The notes under the pieces were generated by a model. That model was not told the origin of the DNA, ran no database searches, and saw nothing but the letters and a program-made list of their open reading frames with translations. The position numbers were made by a program, and so were the translations under genes. A stretch of DNA of 64,000 nt from an uncultured archaeon (GTDB taxonomy: Archaea; Hadarchaeota; Hadarchaeia; Hadarchaeales; WYZ-LMO6), in the NCBI GenBank assembly GCA_938074535.1, contig CALJER010000005.1, forward strand, positions 6,421-70,420, read 5' to 3'. Positions 1 to 9,283 of this stretch are shown here, piece by piece (within the stretch, counting starts at the first letter, position 1; each line of letters begins with the position of its first letter).

Positions 1-794
1 TCGCCGGGCCGGTAAGAGACCAGCCCTCTCTCGGCCGCCCTCCGCAGGAGCAGCTCGGCCTCGGAGCTGACCGGGACCACGGTGTAGCCCGCCGCGCGCA
101 TCCTCTCCACGTTCTCCGCGGCCGGTCCGAGGTCGGCCTTGTTGGCCACCACCATGATGGGCTTGCTCAGCCTCCTGAGCTCCCTGGCCAGCTCCAGGGG
201 GCGGGAGGGATCGAAGGGGGCGCGCTGGAGGGCGAGGGAAACCTGCTCCTCCGTGATGCCCAGGCCGCTCAGCCTCTTCGAGAGCTCCTCGGCCAGGTCC
301 TCCCCCCTCAGCTCCACCGCCCTGGCGAACTTCTTCCACCCCCTCTCCAGGATCCCGCACAGCCACAGGTCTATCTCCTCCTCCAGGAAGGCGAGGTCCT
401 CCAGCGGATCGTGGCTCCCCGGAGGACAGGGCCTCCCGTTCTCGTCCGTGGAGCCGGCGGCGTCCACCACGTGCAGGAGGGCGGAGGCCATGCGGAGGCT
501 GTCCAGGAACCTGTTCCCCAGTCCCTTCCCCTGGTGCGCCCCCCTCACCAGACCGGCCACGTCGATGATCCTTACGGGGATGTACCTCACCCCTCCCGCG
601 CAGGCGGAGTTCCTGGGGTTGCACCTCACCCCGAACTCCGCGCAGGGACACCTTCCCCTGACGTGGGCCACGCCCACGTTGGGCTCTATGGTGGTGAAGG
701 GGTAGTTGGCCACGGGCACGCTGGCCAGGGTGGCGGCGTTGAAGAAGGTGCTCTTCCCCGTGTTGGGTTTGCCCACCAGACCCAGCTCTATCAT
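1..794 (-). CDS. Obg/YchF(Ola1)-family P-loop GTPase, 3' part of the gene runs off the window start
   Basis: Minus-strand translation begins MIELGLVGKPNTGKSTFFNAAT (G1 motif GxPNxGKST) and continues ...IIDVAGLV (G3) ...VANKADL (G4). Its ATG overlaps the stop of the upstream gene (ATGA). The plus-strand ORF 139..705 is the antisense artefact. Confidence 0.8.
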   Translation of the reverse strand, partial: MIELGLVGKPNTGKSTFFNAATLASVPVANYPFTTIEPNVGVAHVRGRCPCAEFGVRCNPRNSACAGGVRYIPVRIIDVAGLVRGAHQGKGLGNRFLDSLRMASALLHVVDAAGSTDENGRPCPPGSHDPLEDLAFLEEEIDLWLCGILERGWKKFARAVELRGEDLAEELSKRLSGLGITEEQVSLALQRAPFDPSRPLELARELRRLSKPIMVVANKADLGPAAENVERMRAAGYTVVPVSSEAELLLRRAAERGLVSYRPG

Positions 795-1129
795 GGGGAA
801 CCCAGGTGCTCGAAGTAGTATCCGGGTTCCTTCTTGCTCCCGAAGCTCCTGAGACCCTTCTCCCTCAGCTGCTTCCTCAGCCCCCGCGCGTACTCAGGGG
901 TGATCTCCCCCCTCCTCTCCAGGAAGTCTATGATCTCCTCCGCCTCCTTCTCGTTCTCGCACCTCCTCAGAAAGTCCACCGCGGAAGGGGAGAAGCCCTC
1001 CACCCCGGCGGCCCTCTCCGCCTCCCCCCTCTCCGTCCTGCTGCCGGAGATCCTCACCGTTCCCTCCCCGCCCATTTCCTCCGCCAGGCGGGGGAAGAGT
1101 TTCCTGAACTCCTCCGGGGTGAGCTCCAA
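791..1129 (-). CDS. small conserved archaeal protein of about 112 aa, function unknown
   Basis: Proposed start is a TTG at 1129..1127, 2 nt after the glmU-like stop and preceded by GGAGGAG. The longer ORF-track version would overlap the upstream gene by 56 nt. Translation reads MELTPEEFRKLF...EIIDFLERRGEITPEYARGL. Confidence 0.45.
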   Translation of the reverse strand: MELTPEEFRKLFPRLAEEMGGEGTVRISGSRTERGEAERAAGVEGFSPSAVDFLRRCENEKEAEEIIDFLERRGEITPEYARGLRKQLREKGLRSFGSKKEPGYYFEHLGSP

Positions 1130-1130
1130 G

Positions 1131-2435
1131 CTACTCCTCCGAGGTCCCCGCTCCCGCCTCGCTTCCCCAGCTCCTGCGCTCGACAATGGGCCTGGCGAGG
1201 AAGATCTGCCTGGGGGGAACGTCCTCGTACACCACGGCCCCGGGCCCTATGGCGGAGTCCGGGCCTATCTTCACCCCCGGGTTGATCATGCAGTTCACGC
1301 CCGTCTTCACGTTGTCCGCTATGATGGTCCCGAGCTTCCTCCTCCTGGTCCTCACCCTGTTCCCCTCCACCTCCATCTCCACCTCGGCCTCGTCGAGGCG
1401 CAGGTTGGCGATGGTGGTCCCCGCCCCCAGGTTGCACCCGCTCCCTATCACGGAGTCGCCCACGTAGGAGAGGTGGGCGATGTGGGTGTGGTCCATCACG
1501 ATGCTGTTCTTGATCTCCACCCCGTGCCCCACCCTGACGTGGTCCCCTATGTAGGTGCAGGGCCTGATGTAGCAGTTGGGCCCTATGTCGCAGTGCTTTC
1601 CTATGTACACGGGGCCCTCGATGTAGGAGCCGGACCTTATCCTCGTTCCCTCCCCCACGTACACGTTCTCCTCTATGTGCACCCCGAACTCTATCTTCCC
1701 GTGGACCTCTCCCTTCTGCCTCTTCAGGAAGTACTCGTTCGCCACCAGCAGGTCCCACGGCCTCCCCAGGTCCGCCCAGAAGCTCAGGGGGGAGGCATAG
1801 ATCTTCTTCCCCTCCTGAAGGAGCAGCTGCAGGGAGGAGGTGATCTCGTACTCCCCCCTCTCCGACCTCCCCGTCCTCCCTATGGCCCCGAAGATCTCGG
1901 GGGTGAAGATGTAGACACCCGCGTTCACCGTCCTGACCTCGGGGGCCCTGGGCTTCTCCTCCACCCTCACCACCCTTCCCCCCTCCAGATACACCACCCC
2001 GTACTGGCTGGGATCCTCCACCTCGCAGGTGGCCAGGCAGCCCCCGAAGTCGGGGGAGGAGGCCTTCTCGGCGTGAAGGTCCAGGAGACCCCTGAGGGAT
2101 CCCTCGTCGGTGAGCGTGTCCCCGTTGATGACCAGGAAGTCCTCCTTCCCCACCCAGTCCCTCACCAGCGAAACGGCCTGCGCCGTGCCCAGCAGCTCCT
2201 GCTGGTGGAAGTAGGTGATCTTCAGGCCCAAACCCGAGCCGTCCCCGTACCTCTCCATGATCTGCTCCCTGCCGTAGCCCACCACCATGCCCACCTCCTG
2301 GAAGGTCCCGAGCAGGAGCTCCAGCACCCTGTCCAGGGCGGGCTTTCCCGCCACGGGCAGGAGGAACTTGGGGCGGGTGAAGGTCAGGGGACGCATCCTC
2401 TTCCCCAGTCCTGCCGCCAGGACCACCGCCTTCAT
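1131..2435 (-). CDS. glmU: bifunctional sugar-1-phosphate nucleotidylyltransferase / acetyltransferase (archaeal GlmU-like; N-terminal NTP-transferase plus C-terminal left-handed beta-helix)
   Basis: N-terminus MKAVVLAAGLGKRMRPLTFTRPKFLLPVAGKP is the nucleotidyltransferase G-loop. The C-terminal third is hexapeptide-repeat rich (IGDHVRVGHGVEIKNSIV...). It lies next to glmM. Confidence 0.85.
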   Translation of the reverse strand: MKAVVLAAGLGKRMRPLTFTRPKFLLPVAGKPALDRVLELLLGTFQEVGMVVGYGREQIMERYGDGSGLGLKITYFHQQELLGTAQAVSLVRDWVGKEDFLVINGDTLTDEGSLRGLLDLHAEKASSPDFGGCLATCEVEDPSQYGVVYLEGGRVVRVEEKPRAPEVRTVNAGVYIFTPEIFGAIGRTGRSERGEYEITSSLQLLLQEGKKIYASPLSFWADLGRPWDLLVANEYFLKRQKGEVHGKIEFGVHIEENVYVGEGTRIRSGSYIEGPVYIGKHCDIGPNCYIRPCTYIGDHVRVGHGVEIKNSIVMDHTHIAHLSYVGDSVIGSGCNLGAGTTIANLRLDEAEVEMEVEGNRVRTRRRKLGTIIADNVKTGVNCMINPGVKIGPDSAIGPGAVVYEDVPPRQIFLARPIVERRSWGSEAGAGTSEE

Positions 2436-2460
2436 TCACCCTCCCTCTCCACCGCCCGAT

Positions 2461-3792
2461 TTATACGATGAGGGAGAGCACCTCCTTCATCCTCCTCCTG
2501 GCCTCCCCCTCCTCCCGCGCCTCGCAGGTGAGCCTCAGGCAGGGCTCGGTGCCCGAGGGCCTCACCAGCACCCAGCTCCCCTCCTCGAAGGAGATCCTGA
2601 GGCCGTCCACCTCCTCCGCCCCCGTCACCCCCCTGAGCCTCGCATATCCCCTCCTGAGCCTTTCCATCTTCTCCTCCCCCTCCGCCGGGGAACAGGGGAG
2701 CTTCTCCCTCAGGAGGGGGTAGGAGGGCACCTCCTCCAGGAGCTCCGACAGCCTCCTCCCCTCCTCCTCCAGCATCCTGAGGACCATCACGGCGGCGAGG
2801 GGACCGTCGGGAGCGAGGTGGGCCTCCGGGAAGATCCAGGCGCCGCTGGGCTCCCCCCCGAACTTTCCTCCCCCCTCCCTCAGGGCCCTGGCCACGCTCA
2901 CGTCCCCCACCTTCGTCCTCACCACCTTTCCCCCCTTCCTCTCCACCCACTCCTCCACCACCCTGGAGGCGTCCACCGTGGTCACCACCCTCTCCCCCCT
3001 CCCCACCAGGTGGGAGGCCACCAGCGCCAGCAGCCTGTCGGGCTGCACGAACCTGCCCCGGTCGTCCACCACCGCGATCCTGTCGGCATCCCCATCGTGG
3101 GCAAACCCCAGCTCGGCCCCGCCGGAGACCACCAGCGCGGAGAGGTCGGAGAGGCTGGCGGGGGAGGGCTCGGGCCCCCTCCCGGGGAACCCACCGCTGG
3201 GGAAACCGTTGAGGGAGAGGACCGTGCACCCGCCCTCCCTCAGGAGGAAGGGGGTGACCCTGGAGGCCGCCCCGTTGCCGCAATCCACCGCCACCCTGTG
3301 CCCCCCGCGCAGGGGGAAGCGGTCCAGGACCCAGCGGAGGTACTCGCCCACGGGATCGCGCTCCTCCGTCCTCCCCACCCGCCTCCACTCCACTCCGCCG
3401 CCCCTCCCCATCTCCCCCTCCAGCTCCTGCTCCCTCTCGGGCGTGAAGGCGGCGCCCTCCCCGTCCCAGCACTTCAGGCCGTTGTACTCGGGAGGATTGT
3501 GGGAGGCTGTGATCATGACCCCCGCCTTCGCCCTCCACCTCCTGGTGGCGAAAGCCAGCACGGGAGTGGGGACCGTGCCCACCCTCACCGCCGTGCACCC
3601 CCCGGAGAGGAGTCCGGAGAGGAGCGCGCTCTCCAGCATTCCACCCGAGGTCCTGGTGTCCCTCCCCACCACCACCCTCCCCGAGCTCCCCACCAGGCGG
3701 GCCAGGCCCAGGCCCACCTTCATGGCCAGGAGGGGATCCACCTCGCGGTTGGCCACACCCCTTATGCCGGAGGTCCCGAAAAGGCGGGGCAA
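2461..3792 (-). CDS. glmM: phosphoglucosamine mutase / phosphomannomutase (alpha-D-phosphohexomutase family)
   Basis: Active-site loop TASHNPPEYNGLK; N-terminus MPRLFGTSGIRGVAN; 443 aa; adjacent to the glmU-like gene. Confidence 0.85.
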   Translation of the reverse strand: MPRLFGTSGIRGVANREVDPLLAMKVGLGLARLVGSSGRVVVGRDTRTSGGMLESALLSGLLSGGCTAVRVGTVPTPVLAFATRRWRAKAGVMITASHNPPEYNGLKCWDGEGAAFTPEREQELEGEMGRGGGVEWRRVGRTEERDPVGEYLRWVLDRFPLRGGHRVAVDCGNGAASRVTPFLLREGGCTVLSLNGFPSGGFPGRGPEPSPASLSDLSALVVSGGAELGFAHDGDADRIAVVDDRGRFVQPDRLLALVASHLVGRGERVVTTVDASRVVEEWVERKGGKVVRTKVGDVSVARALREGGGKFGGEPSGAWIFPEAHLAPDGPLAAVMVLRMLEEEGRRLSELLEEVPSYPLLREKLPCSPAEGEEKMERLRRGYARLRGVTGAEEVDGLRISFEEGSWVLVRPSGTEPCLRLTCEAREEGEARRRMKEVLSLIV

Positions 3793-3796
3793 CCTC

Positions 3797-4453
3797 TCAG
3801 ACCCCGGCTCCCTCCGGGGCTGTGGCCTGGGGGGCAGCGGGCGCCGCCTGCCCCGCCACGGGACCCTCCCTCCTGGCTGGGGCCTTCAGCACCTCGGTCT
3901 TCTGAACCTCCACCCTGCGGATGGGGCAGTACCTCTTTGCCGCCTTGTAGATGTCGGCGGAGAGCTTACCGAGCACGGCCTCCTGGACGAACTGGTCGAA
4001 GGTGCGCTCGGAGGCCCGGGAGGTGAGGAGGCCGACGATCTCGGAGCGTATGGCCCGCACCTTCTTCCTGGAGATCTTCCTCACGGTCATCACCACGCAG
4101 GTGAGCTGAAGCTCCCTCCCGTCCCTGGTCCTCACCGTGAGGATGTGGGTGATCTTCGTGGCCCTCCTCCTCACCTGGCTCCTGAGGAAGTGCTGGGCCA
4201 GATCGTGCCCCACGAAGTCCGTATAGGCCTTCTCGCCGTCCACCCTCACGATCTGAAAAAAGAGCTTCAGGTAGGATTTTGAAACGTCCTGAACCAGGTC
4301 GCCCAGGGAAACCTCCACCTTCCTCCCCAGCAGCTTCTCGGGCTCGGAGGCGAGGGTCTCCCCTATCCTGGTCCCCCCGAACATGGGGGGGGCGTAGAGA
4401 TCGTACCAGACCTTCTTTTTCCACGCCCTGGGCTGGCTCGTTTTCTCGGGCAG
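3797..4453 (-). CDS. rps3ae: 30S ribosomal protein S3Ae (S1e); start codon uncertain
   Basis: The track ORF starts at MFGG, but the in-frame upstream sequence encodes the conserved S3Ae N-terminus ...RAWKKKVWYDLYAPPMFGG. No ATG, GTG or TTG lies in frame between the upstream stop (about 4493) and this Met. I propose CTG at 4453..4451, or a sequencing error. Confidence 0.7.
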   Translation of the reverse strand: MPEKTSQPRAWKKKVWYDLYAPPMFGGTRIGETLASEPEKLLGRKVEVSLGDLVQDVSKSYLKLFFQIVRVDGEKAYTDFVGHDLAQHFLRSQVRRRATKITHILTVRTRDGRELQLTCVVMTVRKISRKKVRAIRSEIVGLLTSRASERTFDQFVQEAVLGKLSADIYKAAKRYCPIRRVEVQKTEVLKAPARREGPVAGQAAPAAPQATAPEGAGV

Positions 4454-4457
4454 AGCC

Positions 4458-5947
4458 TCACCCTCCCCCTTTGTCCCCGGCGGATAAAACCCTCACGCGC
4501 GTCCTCACCGGCTCGGGCCAGGACCCCTCCTCCAGCCCGTAGTGGGCCAGAAAGCCCACCGCCCATCGGGTGGTCCCGAAGCCGCAGCAGCCCGTCCAGA
4601 CCTCCCTCCCCCTGGCCTCCTTTATCCCGAAGGACTTGGCGAACTTCTCCCCGTGCACGTTGAGGGAGGCCACCTCCAGCCAGTCCCCCTTGTAGGGCAG
4701 CCTCACCTCCAGGTCGTAGGTGGCCGCTTCCGGCCCGCCCTTCTCCCTCTCCCCCTCCCTGAGGTAGAAGGGGGTGGCCACGGTCAGCCTCCACCTCACC
4801 CCCAGCTTCCTGAGGAGGCTCTCGCTCCTCTCCCTCACCCCCTCCCTGATCTCCACCACCTCCCCCGGGGAACCCAGGAAGGCCAGCTCTATCCTCCTGA
4901 ACTCGTGGGTGCGAATGAGCCCCTCCGCGCCCCCTCCCTCCCACCGGTAGGTCCAGCCGCTCCTGTCGAAGAGCTTGACCGGAAGCTCCTCCAGCCTGAC
5001 CCGCCTCCCGCTGAACATCTGGTAGAAGGGCTCGCACTGGGCGGGGGCCAGCACGTAGGAGGGGTCCTCCACCGCCTCCTTCAGCAGCTCCGCCGCCACC
5101 CTTTTGCGCAGCTTCAGCTCGGCCTTGAACCTGGAGAAGGCCTGGGGGTCCCTGGGCGGGGAGCAGACGTAGTACATCCCCTCGGGTATGCCGTCCAGGT
5201 ACCCGGGCATCTTCTTCATCACCTCGAGGGGAATCAGCTTGGGGAACATGGCCTCCCTGAAGCCCAGGGGCCTCACCACCTCCTCCAGAATGAGCTCCTC
5301 CAGGGCCCCCAGCAGGGACGCGAAGGGCGGGCCGTAGAGCCACTGGCCCTTACCGGGGAACTCCTGGATCCATCCCCTCTTCTCCATCTCCTCGGTGGGG
5401 TTGCCGGAGAAGACGGGTGGGGTCCCCTCCTCCTCCCTGACCACCTCCGGCTCCCGCTCCGCGGCGGGGGCGGAGGGCTGCCGCTCCGCCAGGGAGACCA
5501 GCCGGTCCACCGTCCCCCTCCTGAGGTCCGACTCGGACACCTCCCTGAGCACCAGGAGCACCCGTCCCTCCCCGCGCTCCACCTCGTAGCGGAGGCCCCG
5601 AAGCAGGTCCTCCGCACCTTCCGGGAGGAAGGGAAGCTCGATGCGGTACTCCACGCCCTCCACCCTCCTCAGGCCCAGCCTGTGCCTTCCCAGCAGCTCC
5701 CTGAGCTCCCTGACCAGCCGCAGGAGGGCGCTGTGCGCCCTCACGTACCTGTCCGAGACCAGAAGGAGCTCCAGCTCCTCCCCCCCCACCTTCCACTCCT
5801 CCACCTTCGCACCCTCCTTCCCGGGAGGGGCCCCCCTGCGCAGGAGCTCGGAGGAGCCCTCCAGCAGCCTTCCTATCTCTCCCCTGAGCCCCTCCAGCCC
5901 TCCGCTGAACTTCAGCCTCGCCCTAAGGATGAATCTCAAGCCGGTCC
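4458..5947 (-). CDS. serS: seryl-tRNA synthetase, methanogen-type (atypical class II SerRS)
   Basis: N-terminal region [47 protein letters not shown] matches the methanogen-type SerRS N-domain. Class II motifs are present: FREAMFP, RTHEFRRIE and GCCGFGTTR. Start is TTG at 5947..5945, preceded by GGAGGAGG; the first 90 aa of the longer track ORF are out-of-frame junk overlapping pcc1. Confidence 0.8.
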
Positions 5948-5976
5948 TCCTCCTTCTCCCTTCGGAAATAAGTATT

Positions 5977-6213
5977 TCACAGCCCGCCCAGACCTTCCGC
6001 CACCTCTGTGCAGGCGAGCAGGTCATCCAGGGTGGCCAGCAGGGTCTCCACCCTCCCCTCCATCCTGACCGTGGTGACCACCGCCTTTCCCCTCCTCTCC
6101 GTCCTGAGCTCCGCCCTCCTCCCTCCCACGTTGTCCGGTGAGAGGGCCCTGAACACGGCCTCCGCCACCCTCTCCTCCGAATAAAGGCAGCACACCCTTG
6201 CCCTGAGCTCCAT
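5977..6213 (-). CDS. pcc1: KEOPS complex subunit Pcc1-like small protein (78 aa)
   Basis: Length of about 80 aa and pattern AEAVFRALSPDNVGG...VVTTVRMEGRVE...LLATLDDLLACTEVAE resemble archaeal Pcc1. It sits between radA and serS. Confidence 0.45.
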   Translation of the reverse strand: MELRARVCCLYSEERVAEAVFRALSPDNVGGRRAELRTERRGKAVVTTVRMEGRVETLLATLDDLLACTEVAEGLGGL

Positions 6214-6224
6214 CCCCCCACCGC

Positions 6225-7166
6225 TCAGTCCCTTATCCCCGCTTCCGAGAGGGAGAAGACGGCCTCCCCTTCAGGCAGGGAGGGACTGTCCACCACCCTG
6301 GCTATGCGCTTGTTGGCCTTGCTCCTCCTGAGGTAGACCCGGGTGGTCACGGAGTGGGCCAGCACATGGCCGCCTATGGGCTGGGTCGGATCGCCGAAAA
6401 ACATGTCAGGTCGGGCCTGCACCTGGTTGGTAACCAGCACGGCCAGGTCCCTGAGCTCCGAGAGCATGTGGAGGGTCAGGAGGTGCCTGGCGAGCTTCTG
6501 CTGCCTGGCGGCCAGGGCCTCCCTCCCCACGAACTCCGCCCTGAACAGGGAAGTGAGGGAGTCCACCACCACCAGCTTGATGTTCTCCCTTTCGGCCAGC
6601 TCCTCCACCTTCTCGGCCAGGAGGAGCTGCTGGTCCGTGTTGTAGGCCCTGGCGAAGAAGACGTTCCTCACCGCCTCCGACGGGTCTAGATCCAGCGCCC
6701 TCGCCATATCCTGGATGCGCTCCGGCCTGAAGGTGTTCTCCGTGTCTATGAAGACAGCCTTGCCCTCGAGACCACCCCCCTCCCTGGGGAGCTGCACGTT
6801 CACACAGAGCTGGTGGGCCAGCTGGGTCTTCCCCGTCCCGAACTGCCCGAAGACCTCGGTCACGGCCCTGGTGGGTATTCCTCCTCCCAGCAGCGCATCC
6901 AGCTGCTTGCTCCCGGTGCTTATCCACCCCAGTTCCTTCCTCAGCCTCAGGACCTCATCCCCCGTGATGAACTTCCCTATGTCGGCCTTCTGCTTGGCCG
7001 CCTCTATGATCCTCCTGGCGTGGGCCTCGCCTATCTCCAGAACTTCACTGAGCTCCTCCACCGTGGCCACGGCGATGGAGGAAAAGGTCCTGTAGCCCGC
7101 CTCCCTCAGCCTTTCTGCGAGGGTGGACCCCACCCCGGAGAGCTCCTCCAGCTTATCCTCTTCCAA
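6225..7166 (-). CDS. radA: DNA repair and recombination protein RadA
   Basis: N-terminal HhH domain ([20 protein letters not shown]), Walker [10 protein letters not shown], Walker B LVVVDS; 313 aa. Confidence 0.95.
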   Translation of the reverse strand: MEEDKLEELSGVGSTLAERLREAGYRTFSSIAVATVEELSEVLEIGEAHARRIIEAAKQKADIGKFITGDEVLRLRKELGWISTGSKQLDALLGGGIPTRAVTEVFGQFGTGKTQLAHQLCVNVQLPREGGGLEGKAVFIDTENTFRPERIQDMARALDLDPSEAVRNVFFARAYNTDQQLLLAEKVEELAERENIKLVVVDSLTSLFRAEFVGREALAARQQKLARHLLTLHMLSELRDLAVLVTNQVQARPDMFFGDPTQPIGGHVLAHSVTTRVYLRRSKANKRIARVVDSPSLPEGEAVFSLSEAGIRD

Positions 7167-7180
7167 GTTCCCACCCCTTC

Positions 7181-9247
7181 TTATCCTCTCTTCACTTTAA
7201 CCTTTTCCAACAGGCGCTCCGCCTCCATCCTGGCGTTCGGGAACTCCACGGAGGTCACCCTCAGCTCCAGCTGCTCCCTGTACTCGTCCCTCCTGGTGGT
7301 GCCGGAGAGAATCACCTCCCTGCCTTCGAGCTTCAGCGTCCTGTAGAAGTCGGCGAGATTCTGAAACCTCCTGTACTCCTCGAAAATCCGGGCGGAACTC
7401 ATGCCCACCAGCTCCTCCGCCGCCCTGCCGAAGAGAACGGCCCTGATGGCCCCCGTGCCGTCGTCCACGACCAGGTTCAGCACGGCCCTGTGCTCCGGGG
7501 AGACCACCTTCCCGCACTCCTCGCACATGAGACTGGTGTCCACCGTCCCCAGCGTCCTGCCGCACAGAGGACAGAGGTCGAAGACGGGGCGGCGCCTTAT
7601 CACCTGCACGATGGTCCCCCTCACCCTCACCTGCAGGTTGGGCTCCTGGATCTCCTCTATCTCCCTGGTCTCGGGGGCCGGGGAAACGCGGGAGAGGATA
7701 TCGGCGGGGGGGAGCTCTTCCTCCACCGGAGGATTGACCTCCAGCTCCCCCCTCCTGCCCAGGTGCAGCTCGAGGGGGGAGGACCAGGGGGTGTAGGCGT
7801 TCCGCAGGAGCACCACCTCCCCAACCCTGGGAGCCCTGTCGGCGTGCTCCTGCCAGAGCAGGACCCTCACCTTGCCCGTCCTGTCGCCCAGGATCAGGCT
7901 GGCGAACTTCCCCTTCCTCCCCTCCCTCTGGAACTCCCTGACCTCCCCCGCCTCCACCACCCTCCCCACCACCTCCAGTCCGTCCATACCGGGCTCCAGC
8001 TCCCCTATCTTCAACCTCCGGATCCCGAACTCCCCCACCTCCACACCCGGAGGATTCACCTCCACCGAGGCCGACCTTCCCACGTGCAGCTCGGGCCTCC
8101 CGGAAGATCCCTCCTTCGTGTACGCTCCCCTCAGGAGCACCACATCACCCTCCTCCAGCTTTTCCGCCCTCTCCACCGCCCCGTCCCAGAAGGAAACCTT
8201 CACGAGCCCCGTCTCGTCCTCCAGCAGGGCCCCCAGCACCCTGCCCACGCTCCCGTCCGGCCTCCCGAACTCCCGCACCTGGTATTTCCTCCTCACCCTG
8301 GCCGCCACCTCCACCCAGGGCATTCCGGGCTCCACCTCCTCCAGCTTCAGCAGCTTTCCGTCGACCTCGGGCAGCTGGGAGACACGGGGAGACTTGGGGG
8401 AGGGGATCACCCTGCCCCCCGCCCCCACGCTCAGGTAGGGCTTCCCCCTGGAGTCCACCCTCACCTGCGCGTTCTCCAGCTTGATCACCTCACCCCTCCG
8501 GAGGTCCTTCACCAGCTCGGCCTTCTCCCCCCACAGGAGGGTTTTGACCTTGCCCGTCTCGTCCAGCAGCACCAGGGAGGCGAACTTCTCAGCGGTGCCG
8601 TCGGGGCGCTCGGAGGTCCTCACCTCACCCACTGCCGCCACCCTCCCCACCAGGTCCACCTCCCTGTGGCCCCTACCGAGCTCAGAGATCCTCACCGGTT
8701 GTTCCTCCGGGGGCGGGAACTTCCTCTCCAGGGAAGGATCCCTGACCACCTCCACGGAACTCCTGGCGGAGAGCTTCAGCTCCGGCTCTCCCCCCCTTCC
8801 CTCCTGCACGTAGGCCCCCCCGATCCTCAGCAGGTCACCCTTCTGGATGGTCCCCTCCTCCACCAGGGAGACCTTGCTGTCCCAGAGGGAGGCCCTGAGG
8901 GTCCCCGTGCCGTCCTGCAGGAGGAGGGAGGCCACCCTCCCCACCGAGCCATCCCAGCGGGGGAAGCTCCTGGGCTCGTACACCCTGACCACCCTGGCGA
9001 GCAGGCTCACGTTTGACATGCCCGGAACCAGGTCCCTGAGGGTGATCTCCCTGGGCTTCAGCGGTTCCCCCGAAAGCCTCACCCCCAGCTCCGCCGCCAC
9101 CATCCTGGCCAGACCTTCCGGGGTGGAGATGGACCCGAACTCCCTTTCCTTCTCCCTTATCCGGGCCATCACCTCCTCCCGGCTCAACCCCTTCTGCTTC
9201 GTTATCTCCTCCACCACGCGGTCGAACCCGGTCCCCATCCCGCTCAC
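7181..9247 (-). CDS. rpa: replication protein A (single-stranded DNA-binding protein) with multiple OB folds and a C-terminal zinc ribbon
   Basis: 688 aa with repeated OB-fold modules (recurrent ...GSVGRV..LLQDETG...L..W...) and [23 protein letters not shown]. It is 14 nt upstream of radA in an rpa-radA operon. Confidence 0.85.
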   Translation of the reverse strand: MSGMGTGFDRVVEEITKQKGLSREEVMARIREKEREFGSISTPEGLARMVAAELGVRLSGEPLKPREITLRDLVPGMSNVSLLARVVRVYEPRSFPRWDGSVGRVASLLLQDGTGTLRASLWDSKVSLVEEGTIQKGDLLRIGGAYVQEGRGGEPELKLSARSSVEVVRDPSLERKFPPPEEQPVRISELGRGHREVDLVGRVAAVGEVRTSERPDGTAEKFASLVLLDETGKVKTLLWGEKAELVKDLRRGEVIKLENAQVRVDSRGKPYLSVGAGGRVIPSPKSPRVSQLPEVDGKLLKLEEVEPGMPWVEVAARVRRKYQVREFGRPDGSVGRVLGALLEDETGLVKVSFWDGAVERAEKLEEGDVVLLRGAYTKEGSSGRPELHVGRSASVEVNPPGVEVGEFGIRRLKIGELEPGMDGLEVVGRVVEAGEVREFQREGRKGKFASLILGDRTGKVRVLLWQEHADRAPRVGEVVLLRNAYTPWSSPLELHLGRRGELEVNPPVEEELPPADILSRVSPAPETREIEEIQEPNLQVRVRGTIVQVIRRRPVFDLCPLCGRTLGTVDTSLMCEECGKVVSPEHRAVLNLVVDDGTGAIRAVLFGRAAEELVGMSSARIFEEYRRFQNLADFYRTLKLEGREVILSGTTRRDEYREQLELRVTSVEFPNARMEAERLLEKVKVKRG

Positions 9248-9283
9248 CTCTACTTCACCGAGGAAGTCTTATAAAGGAGGAAA

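Noticed and set aside
834-4026. Long plus-strand ORFs (834..2471, 2287..4026, 2978..4282) and alternate-frame minus ORFs (1054..2439, 2432..3598)
   Set aside because: Their translations are Pro/Gly/Arg/His-rich low-complexity sequences. They run antisense or out of frame to the well-supported glmU, glmM and rps3ae genes, which is typical of stop-poor GC-rich DNA.
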